A stretch of 63,680 bases of DNA, the filler included, from Chiloscyllium plagiosum (taxonomy: Eukaryota): the NCBI RefSeq assembly GCF_004010195.1. It is 4 parts of one record of this genome, joined end to end, with 100 filler letters (N's around TTAATTAATTAA, not from the genome) between each part and the next. Parts side by side here need not be neighbours in the genome. Positions count along the whole stretch, not along the records: positions 1 to 28,500 come from NC_057713.1; 3 more parts are not named here. The stretch is one strand, 5' to 3'. A program made the translations under genes and the position numbers. This document shows positions 1 through 12,627 of this stretch, piece by piece. Under the pieces are notes generated by a model. That model did not search any database. It saw only the letters and a program-made list of their open reading frames with translations, and was not told the DNA's origin. The first letter of the stretch is position 1. Every line of letters begins with the position of its first letter.

Positions 1-308
1 ATTGCCTCTACGTCTTTCCATTATCTGTTTAACTATTTTTTCTTACACTGTAATACAGCCCTAAAAATCTAATCTCACCCTTCTTATTTCACTGCTCCAT
101 CCATAGTGTCTCATGACCCAAGCCCTACATGGTGTCCTCCTTTCGCACAGCCATGATATCATCCCTGACCAGCAATGCAACTCCTTCCCCTTTTTTCAAT
201 CCCTGTCCAGTTTGAAGCGTCTATATCCTAGAACATTTGGTTGCCAACCATGCCCTTCCTTCAACTAAATCTCTGTGATCGCAATAACGTCATATTCCCA
301 TGCACCAA
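1..308 (-). mobile_element. CR1 LINE fragment (ORF2 AP-endonuclease region, decayed)
   Basis: Minus-strand translation GAWEYDVIAITEI*LKEGHGWQPNVLGYRRFKLDRD*KKGEGVALLVRDDI resembles the CR1 APE N-terminus; in-frame stops. Confidence 0.8.
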
Positions 309-309
309 C

Positions 310-701
310 TGTTAAGACGGACCTGCGGGGTCCCGTCTTTGCGTGTTCTTTTGGAAGGAGAGACTCACACTGGCAACTATGGTTAGGTGCAGACAGCAGT
401 TTATTCACAGAATCTTAACTGGTACAACGGATCTACAAGCATGCATTCGTTGGAGAAGGCGTTCTCCCTTCTCGTTCAAACTTGACACAATTATACTTCG
501 CGCTGCCTGGAGTCCCCGGTCAGTTCGCCTTCCCCATTGGTCCATTCATCTGCGCGCGCTGGGGATCCGTCCTCCTATTGGCCGCATCGAAGTGCCTGTC
601 CAGCTCCTGCTGTGCTTGACAATGGCTCAGCCATCCCCGGGAGCGGTTCCGATCCCGTATTCAATAGTTCATTGTTTCAAGGAATTACTATGCGTCTGAC
701 A
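310..701 (-). mobile_element. LTR-like segment (possible solo LTR)
   Basis: TG...CA ends with imperfect terminal inverted repeat (TGTTAAGACG / GCGTCTGACA), minus-strand AATAAA near 400-405, CCAAT boxes, CpG-rich relative to flanks. No TSD found. Confidence 0.45.
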
Positions 702-739
702 GGCTAGCCATTTTCAATAGTTTCAGAAATAGTTTCAGA

Positions 740-1440
740 CTTCCTCTTCCTAATTATGGCCCCAGAGAAGTCCTGGAAAAACATTTCTTTTGAACCTTTA
801 TATACCAGAGCATGTGGATCTCTTCCCAGTCTTCTGGATGTTTCTATTATTAACTGCTTCTCTTTATAGTGATAGAGTTTCACTAGGACCGAGCAGTGGT
901 GCTGACCCAACCCGGACCTCAACGACTTTGGAGGTCGTTGAACTGCTCCAAAAAGGCTTGAACCTGGCCTTCCAAGGTTCGGATCCATTCCTTGGAGTTC
1001 TCCGTCATGGTGTCCGATGCCGCAGTCCTTTGCTCGAACGCTTACATGGGTCGATCCAGTGCTTGAGTCTCTTGCTCGTAATTTGTCAGCATTGCAGTAG
1101 TCGGTTCCAGCGCTGTTTCGATTTTTTTCACGGAGTTTTGCTCCACCGAGGTCAAAGGCGCTGCCAGGGGAGTCGAAGCAGCAGCTGTGGGTTTTCCCGG
1201 CATAGTAGGGGAGTGCCCTGCCTGCTGCACTCCCCTAACTCCTTTTACTTTATTTATTTTCATCTCAACTCCAAAACCTCCAAATCCAAATTCAAAAGGT
1301 TCTAGGTATTCTGTCTGCTTTATACTGAAAATATTTCTCAGGGGTGGCTAATGACGGGGGAGTCGGAGCCCACCTTGCCTGGGGTACCGCACAGAGCCTA
1401 ACATAGCAGACTTTTCAGACTGCCGCCATCTTGAATCTCC
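740..1440 (-). mobile_element. L1 LINE 5' fragment (5'UTR plus broken, internally deleted ORF1)
   Basis: VLVKLYHYKEKQLIIETSRRLGRDPHALVYKGSKEMFFQDFSGAIIRKRK is L1 ORF1p-like and matches the ORF1 at 14.3-14.4 kb. The 5' end has a CAAGATGGCGG YY1-type motif (1423-1433, minus). Confidence 0.8.
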
Positions 1441-3820
1441 TCCCTCCTGGCTCTTAGCTCCCTCTTTAGGTCTTTCCTGGCAAATGTGCAACTCTCAAGC
1501 ACCCTAACTGAACCATCACATCTCATCCTAACATAAGCCGCCTTCTTCCCCTTGACAAGAGATTTAAATTCCTTAGTAAACCACGGCTCCCATGCTCGAC
1601 AAATTCCTTCCTGCCTGACCGGTACATACTTATCAAGGTCCCGCAATAGCTAGTCCTTGAATAAGCTCCACATTTCAACTCTGCCCACCCCCTGTAGTTT
1701 CCTTCCCCATCCTATGCATCCTATGGACTTCAGTAAGGCGTTCGACAAGGTTGCCCATGGGCGAATGGTTAGTAAGGTTAGATCTCACGGAATACAGGGA
1801 GAACTAGCCATTTGGATACAGGACTGGCTCAAGGGTAGAAGACAGAGAGTGGTGGTGGAGGGTTGTTTTTCAGACTGGAGGCCTGTGACCCGTGGATTAC
1901 TATAAGGATAGGTGCTGGGTCCTCTACTTCTTGTCATTTACATAAATGATTTGGATGCGAGCATAAGAGGTACAGTTAGTAAGTTTGCAGATGACACTAA
2001 AATTGGAGGTGTAGTGGACAGTGAAGAGGGTTACCTCAGATTACAACAGGATCTGGACCAGAGGAGCCAATGGGCTGAGAAGTGGCAGATGGAGTTTAAT
2101 TCAGATAAGTGCTGCAATTTGGGAAAGCAAATCTTAGCAGGACTTATACACTTAATGGTAAGGTCCTAGGGTGTGTTGCTGAACAAAGAGACCTTGGAGT
2201 GCAGGTTCATAGCTCCTTGAAATTGGAGTCACAGGTAGATAGGATAGTGAAGAAAGCGTTTGGTATGCTTTCCTTTGTTAGTCAGAGTATTGAGTACATG
2301 AGTTGGGAGGTCATGTTGAGGCTGTACAGGACATTGGTTAGGCCACTGTTGGAATTCTGGTTTCCTTCCTATTGGAAAGTGTTGTGAAACTCGAAAGTGT
2401 TCAGAAAAGATATACAAGGATGTTGCCATGGTAGGAGGATTTGAGCTATAGAGGCTTTGAACAGGCTGGGGCTGTTTACCGTGGAGCGTCGGAGGCTGAG
2501 TGGTGACCTTATAGAGGTTTACAGAATTATGAGGGGCATGGGTAGGGTAAATAGACAAGGTCTTTTCCCTGGGTCGGGAAGTCCAGAACTAGAGGGTATA
2601 GGTTTAGGGTGAGAGGGTAAAGATATAAAAGAGACCTAAGGGGCAACATTTTCACATAGAGGATGGTACATAAATGGAATGAGCTACCAGAGGAAGTGAT
2701 GGAGGCTGGTACAATTGCAACATTTGAAAGGCATTTGGATGGGTATATAAATAGAAGGGTTTGGAGGGATATGGGCCAGGTGCTGGCAGGTGGGACTAGA
2801 TTGGGTTGGGGTATCTGGTCGGCATGGGCGAGTTGGACCGAAAGGTCTGTTTCCATGCTGTACATCTCTATGACTCTATGACTCTATGACTCTTATCCTA
2901 AATCTTATCTAATCGCATCCTAATTGCCTTTTCCCCCAGCTATAACTCTTGCCCTGAGGTGTATACCAATCCCATTCCATCACTAAAGTAAACATAACTG
3001 AATTGTGGTCACTATAACTGAAGTGCTCACCTACCTCCAAATGTAACACCTGGCCGGGTTTATTACCCAGTGCCAAATCTAATATGGCATTGCCTCTTGT
3101 TAGCCTGGTTATGGACTGTGTCAGGGAACCCTCCTGCACATATTGGACAAAAGCTAACCCATCTAAAGTACTTGAACTATGGTGTTTCCTATTTGGAAAT
3201 TTAAAGACCCTATAACAACCACCCTGTCACTCTTGCCCCTATCGAGGATCATCTTTGCTATCCTATCCTCTACATCTCTGGAACTACTTGCAGGTCTATA
3301 GAAAACTCCCAATAGGGTAACCTCTCCTTTCCTGTTTCTAATCTCAGCCCCTACTACCTCAGTAGACAAGTCCTCAAACATCCTGTCTGCAACTGTAATA
3401 CTATCCTTGATTAACAGTGCCTCGCTACCCCCTCTTTTGCTGTTTTCTCTGTTCTTACTGAAACATATAAATCCCGGAACTTGTATTAACCATTCCTGTC
3501 TCCGCTCTACCCATGTCTTTGAAATGGCCATGACATCGAAATCCCAGGTACCAACCCATGCTGCAAGTTCACCCACCTTATTCTGCATACTCCTGGCGGT
3601 GAAGTAGACCACTTCAAACCAACTTGCTTGCCAGTGCCTTCTTATGATCTTAAAATCTTAGTTCTGACTTCACTACTCTCACCCTCCCGTATACCCTTAT
3701 TCCAATTTCGGTTCCCATCCCCCTGCTGAATTAGTTTATAACCTACCTGACGAGCATTAGCAAATTTCCCTGCCAGGATATTGGTACCCCTCTGGTTCAG
3801 ATGAAGACCATCCATGACTT
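1441..3820 (-). mobile_element. CR1 LINE fragment (ORF1 esterase end, APE, linker), split by a nested CR1
   Basis: DGLHLNQRGTNILAGKF (SGNH DxxH motif), YFTARSMQNKVGEL...GVFYRP (APE), SDHNSV, LDKYVPVR...EPWFTKE. The sequence resumes across the 1724-2894 insertion. Confidence 0.88.
1724..2894 (+). mobile_element. 5'-truncated CR1 LINE (RT to 3' tail) nested in an older CR1
   Basis: MDFSKAFDKV, SKFADDTKIGG, QRDLGVQVH motifs; (ACTCTATG)n tail at about 2864-2892; ATCCTA duplicated at 1718-1723 and 2895-2900. Confidence 0.92.
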
Positions 3821-3821
3821 G

Positions 3822-4030
3822 GGAGTTAGTGGGCTCAGTTACTTGAATGGCTGATATGGAATGCAAAATGTTACTAACAGTGACACGATGAGTGGATTCA
3901 ATTCCTGCACTGGCTGAAGTTACTGTGAAGCTCCTGCTTTCACAACTTCGCACCTTCTCTATGGTGTGGTAATCCTCATGTTAAAGTCACCAGCACTTGT
4001 CACTCTCTAATAAGAGAATGGAACTTTATT
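3822..4030 (+). mobile_element. Decayed tRNA-derived SINE-like element
   Basis: A-box-like GGGCTCAGTT and B-box-like GGATTCAATTCC in SINE-like spacing; family not identified. Confidence 0.4.
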
Positions 4031-4059
4031 GACTTTATTGTTCTTACATTTCTCTGAGG

Positions 4060-4400
4060 GTTGATTACATATTTGATCCTCTACTTCCTAACTGTTTGGG
4101 AACACACCAATAGCATGTTTGCCTCCTTTTTTCACTTTTATCTATATGGCCTCATTTGATGATTCTTTCATGGTATTACCCCTTCTCATTGTAATATTGA
4201 TTCTTTGATCAATATTACAAACCCCACCCTCTTCTCTTCCCATCTCTATCTCATCTAAGTACCCTACAACCAGAAATGCTGAGCTGCTAATTCTGCCTAT
4301 CTTTCAGCCAAATTTTGGTCATAGCAATGATATCATACTCAGCTTGTCTGCCTTATTCCTTAGGCTGTTTGCATTAAAATATATTCCATTTAACCTTACT
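4060..4400 (-). mobile_element. Old CR1 APE fragment
   Basis: LNGIYFNANSLRNKADKL on the minus strand resembles the CR1 ORF2 start. Confidence 0.6.
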
Positions 4401-4914
4401 GAAGTCACTTTTTTCTCATCAGTTTCATATCTAGCCTGTATCAAACTTGTTTTCTGGCTCATTTTAATCTGTGTTTTAATACTTTTTTCATACTCCCACA
4501 TTGCTTTCCTTATTCCTTGTGTTCTGCTGACTTATCATTATACCAGCAGATCCCATATGCCTTTACCTTTTTTGTTTATAATTTATTCATGTATATAAAT
4601 TTTGAGTTAGTTCTTTTTAGAAATAATATATTTTATTCTGCACTTCTTAAGTATTTTTAAAAATCATTTCATTGTTAACTTATAATGTTAAGAACTAAAT
4701 TTTCTTTCATTCTTATCTTGACTAGCTCACTCCTCACCCTCTCTTTTCAGATTTGTTCAAAATGGCACCTTCTTTGCATATTAAGTTTTTAAAAAGTTTA
4801 TCCTTAGACCTTTAAGCTTACCATACTGCAGTGACTCTTCCTAAATTGCTGACCCACATGTAACTCACTTATTATATGAGTCTCCTCTTACCTCTGTCCG
4901 CGGTTTTGGAATGA

Positions 4915-5965
4915 AACAAATAAATTGGCTAGCTGTAAGAAGACAAAGGGTGGTGGTTGATGGGAAATGTTCATCCTGGATTTCAGTTATTGGTGTACCA
5001 CAAGGATCTTTTTTTGGGGCCTTCGGTATATAATTTTTATAAATGACCTGGATGAGGGCATAGAAGGATGGGTTAGTAAATTTGTAGATGACACTAAAGT
5101 CGGTGGAGTTGTGGACAGTGCAGAAGAATATTGCAGGTTACAGAGGGACATAGATAAGCTGCAGAGCTGGGCTGAGAAGTGGCAAACGGAGTTTAATGTG
5201 GAAAAATGTGAGGTGATTCACTTTGGAAGGAGTAACCGGAAGACAGAGTACTGGGCTAATGATAAGATTCTTGATAATGTGGATGAGCAGAGAGATCTCT
5301 GTGTCCATGTGTATACATCCCTGAAAGTTGCCACCTGGGTTGGTAGGGTTGTTAAGAAGGCGTACAGCATGTTAGCTTTTATTGATAGAGGGATTGAGTT
5401 TCTGAGCTATGAGGTCAATTTACAGCTGTCCAAAACTCTGGTGTGGCTGCACTTGGAGAATTGTGTACAGTTATGGTTGTTGCATTAGAGGAAGGAAGGA
5501 AGCATTGGAAAGGGTGCGGAGGAGATTTACCAGGATGGTGCCTGGTTTGGAGGGAAGGTCTAAAGAGGAAAGGCTGAGGGACTTGAGGCTGTTTTCATTA
5601 GAAAAGAAGGTTAAGAGGTGACTTAACAGAAGCATACAAGATGATTAGATAGGGTGGATAGTGACAGCCTTTTTCCTCGGATGGTGATGGCTAGCATGAG
5701 GGGACATAGCTTTAATTTGAGGGGTGATAGATATAGGGCAGAAGTCAGAGGTAGATTCCTTATTCAGAGTAGTAAGGGTGTGGAATGCCCTGCCTGCAAC
5801 AGTAGTGGACTCACCAATATTAAGGGCATTTAAATGGTTATTCGATAAACATATGGATGATAATGGAACAGTGTATGTTAGATGGGCTTCAGATTGTTGC
5901 GCCGACCTGTGAAACCATTGAGAGCCGAAGAGCCTGTAATGTGTTGTAATGTTCTATGTCCTATA
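4915..5965 (+). mobile_element. 5'-truncated CR1 LINE (RT to 3' end)
   Basis: IFINDLDEG...SKFVDDTKVGG...LQRDIDKL...FNVEKCEVIHFG; TGTTCTATG tail. Confidence 0.9.
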
Positions 5966-6949
5966 ATAGGGACATTATAAATGACTTTTAAACGCTGCAT
6001 ATGAGATTAGAGAAAATGAAATATTTGATTAAAGGACTACTATGATGTAACTATGTAATAAGATGCCATCTGTCTGAGATGTCTGTGCTATGAAGCTTAT
6101 TGAAGGTTTTGCATGGATTTGTCAAATATTACAGAGGCGTGATTCACACTGCCAGTGATCAGGAAATCTACATTCCCAGATGAATAAAACTATGCCATAA
6201 TAATTATTCAAAAATCAATCACAAATGTATTAATGCTTTGAAATTCTACAATAAGATGATTATGCTTTGACCTAGAATGGTAATAAATGAGTTTTAGTGT
6301 AGCATGCTTAAATATTTATGCAGTAATGATTTTATTTTCTTTCATGTTGAGGAAGTCATAAAGTAAGTTCCATTAGCCACATAATAATGAGAAAATTACT
6401 AAGTGATTATTGGGAAATAATTGACTTTGAAGAGGTGTTAAGATTGATTTCTAAATTATCTCTCAGTATAAAATTATAATTTTTAAAAATTTTGCTTGAG
6501 GCTATACTTCCATTACCACTCAGGAGAGATTTTTTCCTGTAACGACACTGTTGCCTCATGAAAGTTAAAGAGTCTGTTTCCTATAATTAAACACCTGCCA
6601 TATGTAAGCAAGAGTTAACATCATCTGTCTGAATCTGTGTTCTGCTGCTTTTATTATTACTCAGTCTTCATTTTCAAGATATGGAATTGTACTTGATGAA
6701 GAATGATATAGTTTTAGAAAACAAGGTATTATCAACTTAATCACTTTGGGCAGGAAATCCAAAAGAAAATCTGCTATGTGTGATGATGCCATACCCATTG
6801 ATTGCATTGTAGGTCACATATTAACTTGGTTCTGTCTACTCATTCCAATGAGTTCAGCATGCAGTGAGTGCTAACTGCATTGTAGATTTGCTGACCCAGC
6901 AGCAAAGGGTCAATTTCATAAGGAGCTTTTGGCATCACTTAAAGCTACC

Positions 6950-7462
6950 TGGATTGGGAGTCCTTGTGCATAAATCAAAAAAGATTGGACTAGAGGTTCA
7001 GCAAATAGTGGGGGTGGCAACTGGAATATTCATCATTATTTTAAAGGGAATGGAGTATAAAAATAAGAAAGTCTTGCTAAAATTATACAAAGCCCCTAGT
7101 TTGACCACAGTTAGAATACTGTGATCGGTTTTCTATCCCTCATCTAGGAAAGATATATTTGCTTTGGAGGCAGTTCAGAAAATGTTCACTGGATTGATCC
7201 CAGGGATGAGGTGACTGTCTTTTGAGGAGAGGTTGGGCCTGTACTCATTGGAGTATAGAAGCATGAGAAATGACTTTATTGAAACATGTATGATTCTTAG
7301 GACAAGACAGAGAAGTTGTTTCCCCTTGTGGGAAATTCTAGGTCCAGGAGGCACAAGGGATTGCACATTTAAGGACCTGAAGATGATCAGATCTCATTGA
7401 ATGGTAAAACAGACTTGATGGGCTGAATGACTTACTTCTGCTCTTGGGTTTTATTGTCTTAA
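6950..7462 (+). mobile_element. CR1 3' fragment
   Basis: LGVLVHKS...KGMEYKNKKVLLKLYKA and a CR1-type 3' end. Confidence 0.75.
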
Positions 7463-7787
7463 GCCCTAAATGGATAGAGCATTTTAATTGTTTTGGAAAT
7501 CATTCAGGAAGTAGCTCCGACAGCAAGGACATTAGTGAAAGACAAAACCTGAAATAACTCATGCCCCAGGACTTTCATATTCTCCACTGGAGCCTTATTG
7601 GAGGAAGTAAAAGGCAGTGAGATGTTATGTATCCAGCAGGTAAAATCTTTTGAGACACCGGTTCAAAGGATGTTGGGAATGCGTAGTCATAGAGTTCAAC
7701 ATATGAGTAAATATTTGAAGACCTGAATACCATACCACAAACAGTTCAATGTTGGTGACCAGGACTTATTTATGAATGTGATGCCGC

Positions 7788-7917
7788 ATTCCTGATGAAG
7801 GGCTTATGGCTGAAACATCGACTGTCCTGCTCCTCGGATGCTGCCTAACCTGCTATGCTTTTCCAGCGCCTCACGTTTCAACTCTGATCTCCAGCATTGG
7901 CATTCCTCACTTTCTCC
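7788..7917 (+). mobile_element. PLE 3' terminal repeat (family A) with degenerate hammerhead motif
   Basis: ATTC CTGATGA A GGGC TTAT GGCT GAAA CATC GA, then the GATGCTGCC...TTCCAGC...CTCACTTTCTCC end also seen at 20794 and 21.9 kb. Confidence 0.7.
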
Positions 7918-7924
7918 CATCAAC

Positions 7925-8940
7925 TGTGTTCGACCTATCCTATCACCTCCAATTTTCCTCCCATCTCCCACACTTTAGCCTCGTCTCCTATCTTCCGTCC
8001 CACTACAGTACCCGTTTTCCTCACCTACTATCCACTGACATCCACATCCAGCAGATCATTTGCCGCTGTTTCTGCCACTTCTAGTGTGATGCTGCCACCA
8101 GACACATATTCCCTTTACAGCTTTCTGCAGACACTGTTCCCTCTGGGACACTTCAGCCCATTCCTTCTCCACTCCCAACACTTCCCCATACCCCTATGCC
8201 ACTTTCACATACGATCACAGAAGAGGTAACACCTGCCTATTTACTTACTCCTTCCTCATTATTCAAGGCCTTACACACACCTTTCGGGTGAAGCTGTGAA
8301 TTACCTGCACTTCACTCAGTCTAGACTACTGTATTTGCTGTTCACAATGTGGTCTCCTGTACACTGGGGAGGTGAAGCACAGACTGGGGTACCACTTTGT
8401 AGAACATCTCTGCTCCGTTTGCAAAAATGACCCTGAGCTTCCAGTTGCTTGCCACTTCAACTTCTACTGTGTTCCCTGGCCAACATCTCTGTTTCAGGTT
8501 TACTGCAGTACTCCAGCGAAGCTCAGTGCAAGCTGAAAGAACAGCATCTCATTTTCCACTTGGGAACTCGAGTTCAACAATTTTAGGCCTTGAGCACCTT
8601 CTCCCATGTCCTTACTCCAGGCCTTGTCATCACATGGACTGCTACTACAACCCACCCATTGTCAGTCACTAATAGTCCCCATGAGCAGCTATTGATTCTC
8701 CCAGGCTGATCTATACACATTTTGTTTGTCTTTCCAATTCTGGTGTTCTCTTTCTCTGGGCTCCATCTACGCTTATTGATTACTGCCCCCTCCTCCCACC
8801 CCATCTTCTGTATAAATATCAACCTTTCCCTAGCTGCAATCAGTTCTGAAGAAGAGTCATTGGACCCATAACAGTAACTCTGATTTCTCTCCACAGATGC
8901 TGCCAACCTGCTGAGCTTTTCCAGCATTTTCTGTTTTTGT
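7925..8940 (+). mobile_element. Penelope-like element 3' fragment (linker, GIY-YIG, 3' repeat)
   Basis: PVFLTYYP...HIQQIICRCFCHF, then ITCTSLSLDYCICCSQCGLLYTGEVKHRLGYHFVEHL (decayed GIY-YIG); CTGAAGA core remnant at 8846. Confidence 0.8.
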
Positions 8941-8944
8941 TGCC

Positions 8945-9275
8945 AACATTTCATTAGCCTTCTTGATTACCTGCTGCACCTGTGTGCTATATTTTTGTGT
9001 TTCAGGTACAAGTACCCCCAAGATCCTTTGTGTTGCAGCTGTCTGCAGTTTTTCTCTAATTAAATAATATTCTGTTCTTTTGTCCTCCTATCCAAAATGA
9101 ACAATTTCGCATTTTCCCACATTATATGCCATTTGCCAACTTTTTAACCACTTAATTACTGCATCAATATCTCTCTGTAAACTGTTTGTATCCCTCTCAT
9201 AACCTGCCTTTCCACCTATTTTTGTTATTTCCAAATTTCGCTACTGTACATTAATTTTTTTCCTCCAAATCATTG
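8945..9275 (-). mobile_element. CR1 RT fragment
   Basis: Reverse complement matches the WQM.YNVGKCEIVHFG...RDLGVLV region of other CR1 copies here. Confidence 0.7.
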
Positions 9276-9459
9276 ACATATCAGTTCTAACTAATTAATG
9301 ACCCTGAAGATTATTCCCGTTCATTGTTATGGGTTAATTAAATGATTAATGCAAATGACTAGATTTTAGTAAGAGACCTACTCCTAGATTTAAGCACATA
9401 GTGACATTGCATTCAGGCTCCAGCTGCTTGTGACGATGAAGTACATAGTACTCATGTCA

Positions 9460-9752
9460 GGTAGCATAGTAGTAATGTCACTGAATGAGAAATCCAGAAG
9501 GTCAGGCTAACGTTCTGAGGATATGGATTTGAATCCTATCATGGCAGATTGTGAAATTTTAAATCACGGTGACCATTAATGTAAAAACCCATTTGGTTCA
9601 CCCATTCCCTTTAGAGAAGGAAAGCTGCTGGTCTGGCCTACATGTGACTCTAGATCCACAGCAATGTAATTGAGTTGTATCTGCCCTTTGAGCAAATAGA
9701 AATAGGTGAGAAATGGTAACTAGTGATACCCACTCTCATGACTGAATGAAAG
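9460..9752 (+). mobile_element. tRNA-derived SINE (decayed)
   Basis: A-box-like TAGCATAGTAG and B-box-like GATTTGAATCC; the 3' tail resembles the fragment at about 24885-24975. Confidence 0.6.
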
Positions 9753-12079
9753 CAAATATTTTCATAGAAGCTCCCCAAAAATCTCATCAAAAGATGTATT
9801 AAAGGGAAAATATAATACTTTACTATAATTATCATAGTAAAGTAAATGAGCTAACAGGAAGTCCAAATCTAGGTTAATTATGTAAATAATGCAGGAAGGA
9901 TAAACTTGCATTTAATCACCGGGCCAAAGAGACTATGAAGGAGCATTACTGGAAGTGAAAATAAAACACTGTTTATAAATTGTTTGGAATTCAGTCTGTG
10001 GTATGAGTGACTAGAGATGGGATAAGAAACCTTTTCAAATGAATCGTACAAATGTCCTCCTTTTTGCCTGCTGATACTGCTAGCATTGATTGATATTAAA
10101 CTGAAGCTGAAAATATTTGAGAAACACACTAATACTTGTGATTGCTTAATATGCAGCCTTATCAGCCTTCCAAAATCTACACACAAGCAATAAGTTCAAC
10201 TGATATGCAGCACAATTTTAACTAATTAAAGATCACTTTTACCAACCTACACATTAGGTCCTGCTTCTTCCACCTTGTGTGTCTGGACTAAGATTAGGGA
10301 ATGCTTTTGCAGCCCGAGAATCCATCATCAGTGGGAGAATCCATTCATTCCTCAGAGGTGTAAAGAAAAAGCCATTGTCATCCTTTTCAGAGCAAAGTAC
10401 TACATCTACTTGCTTGGTAATGGTGGTAACAGTTCTACAATATGGCAAAATTTCTAAAGATCCATAATAGAAGGGTATTAATTTTGTATGACCCTAAACA
10501 TTCCCTCACACAATGCCACAAAATCAAAAGAAGAAATCTGTGACTGGTCAGTTGGTTTGCAAACATCAATACTGAACTTACATAAAGTTCATTTCAAAGA
10601 TAGTTGCTCTAATACCTTTGTTTTGAGGCAACCTATCAATATTTAATCCACAAGTTACAGATTATTCTTGATGATCAAGGCTATTTTCTTTCATATAGCA
10701 CTTGACTCCTTTTGGAATATTTATGGACAGGCGTGCAATCACTACAGAAATTGAAATGTTTAGGAATATTTTAGATCTCCAGATAGCTTTGTGGACTTTG
10801 GACCAAGTATTCTAGTTGAGATACCACAGATAGAATGATGCAATGGTACAGTATAGGAGGAGGTCATTTGTGGGCAAACACTGAGACCATCATAATCCAT
10901 GGGGTGTTAAGTATTCCCTTAATATTTCCTTGAAATCAATAGAAATAAAAGTGAATGAGGTGTAAAATCAGGCTGCCAATTCTGACTGACTAGTTTTGCA
11001 CTAATGCATAAAATCTACCCCATTGTTTTCTGGTGTGTGCACAGTGAGGCCAGGACTGTAAATTAATCTCTAACAATTTAAGATGGATTGATGAATCACA
11101 TTATCCTACACAAAATGGTCTGTACTACCATAGTGACCCTTTCGAAATCTCGAAGTTTATTTAAACTTGGTCTATCTTACAATAAAAACAATCTAAGAAT
11201 CTTTCTATAAACATGAATTGTGAACCCTCTGCCATTTCTATGTAATATCCTCAGTGTCTTAAGTGTTCCTAATTAAAGCTAAATAGAGATGATGCAAGGC
11301 CAATTAATGACTTAAGCAACACAGGGATTTAATTCATCCTGCTTATGCTATCAAGTGCTACACTCTTAATTGCCTGAGCGAACCATCCTCGCTGCCTTTT
11401 ATTTTTCAAAAACAACAGATTTTTTAATCTAAAAGTTGGAAGGTTATGTGATAGCTGTGTCTCAATATGTCAAACAGTCTTTACTCCCTCATACTTTTTC
11501 AACAAACTTTCCCACATTCTAATTCCTACTCTTTTCAGAGTTCATGAAGAACTCTTTCACATTTAATATTCAGTTCATGTTAACGCACTTCTCCATCCCT
11601 GCAACTTATTGACTCTGATCTCCGGCATCTGCAGCCCTCACTTTCTCCTAGCTTAATTTGTCAATCTTGTTCTCGACCTCTATTTGGCTTCATATTCATT
11701 CACTCCTGCCTTTCAACACAAAATATCCCAGACTTGTCCACCATACTTGTACTGCCCTTCCCTTCCCTTCCCAATTTTGATGCTCCCATTAAATTTCACC
11801 TCCATTTAAAAGGAGCTTTTGTTTTCTATTTGGAGATGAGATGGTTGCTGGGGTAGAGGAGGAGGAAATCCTCAGATCAGTGCAAACACAAATAAATAGT
11901 CCTTTAGTACATTATGCTATTTTATCCATTTTCTTCCATTTTTAATTTTGTTGCCATTTCTTTTCAATTTTATTTGATAATACATCATAAAATATTTAAG
12001 TACTTTTTGTGACTTTACATATGTGGATGTTATGTAAATATGTACAATTTGTCTATGATTTGTGTATAAGATTATGAGA

Positions 12080-12400
12080 GGCAAGAACAAGGTGGATGGA
12101 AAGCACTGTTTTGCTTATTTGAAGAGTCAGTTACAAAGGGGCATGATTTTAAGGTGAAAGGTAGGAGATTTACAGAGAATTTAAGGAAAATGTTTTCACA
12201 CAGAGAGTGGTGGGAATCTGGAGTGCAGTCATAGAGAAGAGAAACCTCACAACCTTTAAAAAGTTCATGGATGAGCACTTGAAATTTTAGTATGTTCAAG
12301 GCAATGGGCCAAGTACTGAAATGTGCGACAAGTGAAGATTTAGAGTAGATTTTTGGCTGTGCAGACCTGAGGGGCTGAAGGGCCTCTTCTATACTGTGAG
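12080..12400 (+). mobile_element. CR1 3' fragment
   Basis: TKGHDFKVKG...FTQRVVGIW and a GGGCTGAAGGGCCT 3' hairpin region. Confidence 0.7.
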
Positions 12401-12530
12401 AGATATTGTGTTTTAGGTTATCTTTACTAACTTACTCACCAGCTTGCTATATTCATTAATACCGGGTTCCCATTCACTCATTCATAACCCTTTATTAACT
12501 TGTTGTTTACTATAACACTGTTTCATTCAT

Positions 12531-12627
12531 GATTTGGTCTATCACCTGATGACGGAGCATCGCTCCGAAAGCTAGTGTGCTTCCAATTAAACCTGTTGGA
12601 CTATAACCTGGTGGTGTGTGATTTTTA
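12531..12627 (+). mobile_element. Minimal PLE (family B) insertion with 14-bp TSD
   Basis: ACTGTTTCATTCAT at 12517-12530 and 12628-12641; the body matches the termini at 38.7, 40.9 and 62.5 kb. Confidence 0.85.
12543..12577 (+). ncRNA. Minimal type-I hammerhead ribozyme motif (family B)
   Basis: CAC CTGATGA C GGAGC ATC GCTCC GAAA GCTA GTG: intact core, 5-bp stem II, CAC/GTG stem I, palindromic AGCT stem III. Confidence 0.78.

Noticed and set aside
10254..10493. Open frames on both strands in unique sequence
   Set aside because: No recognisable domain and no convincing splice-site pair.
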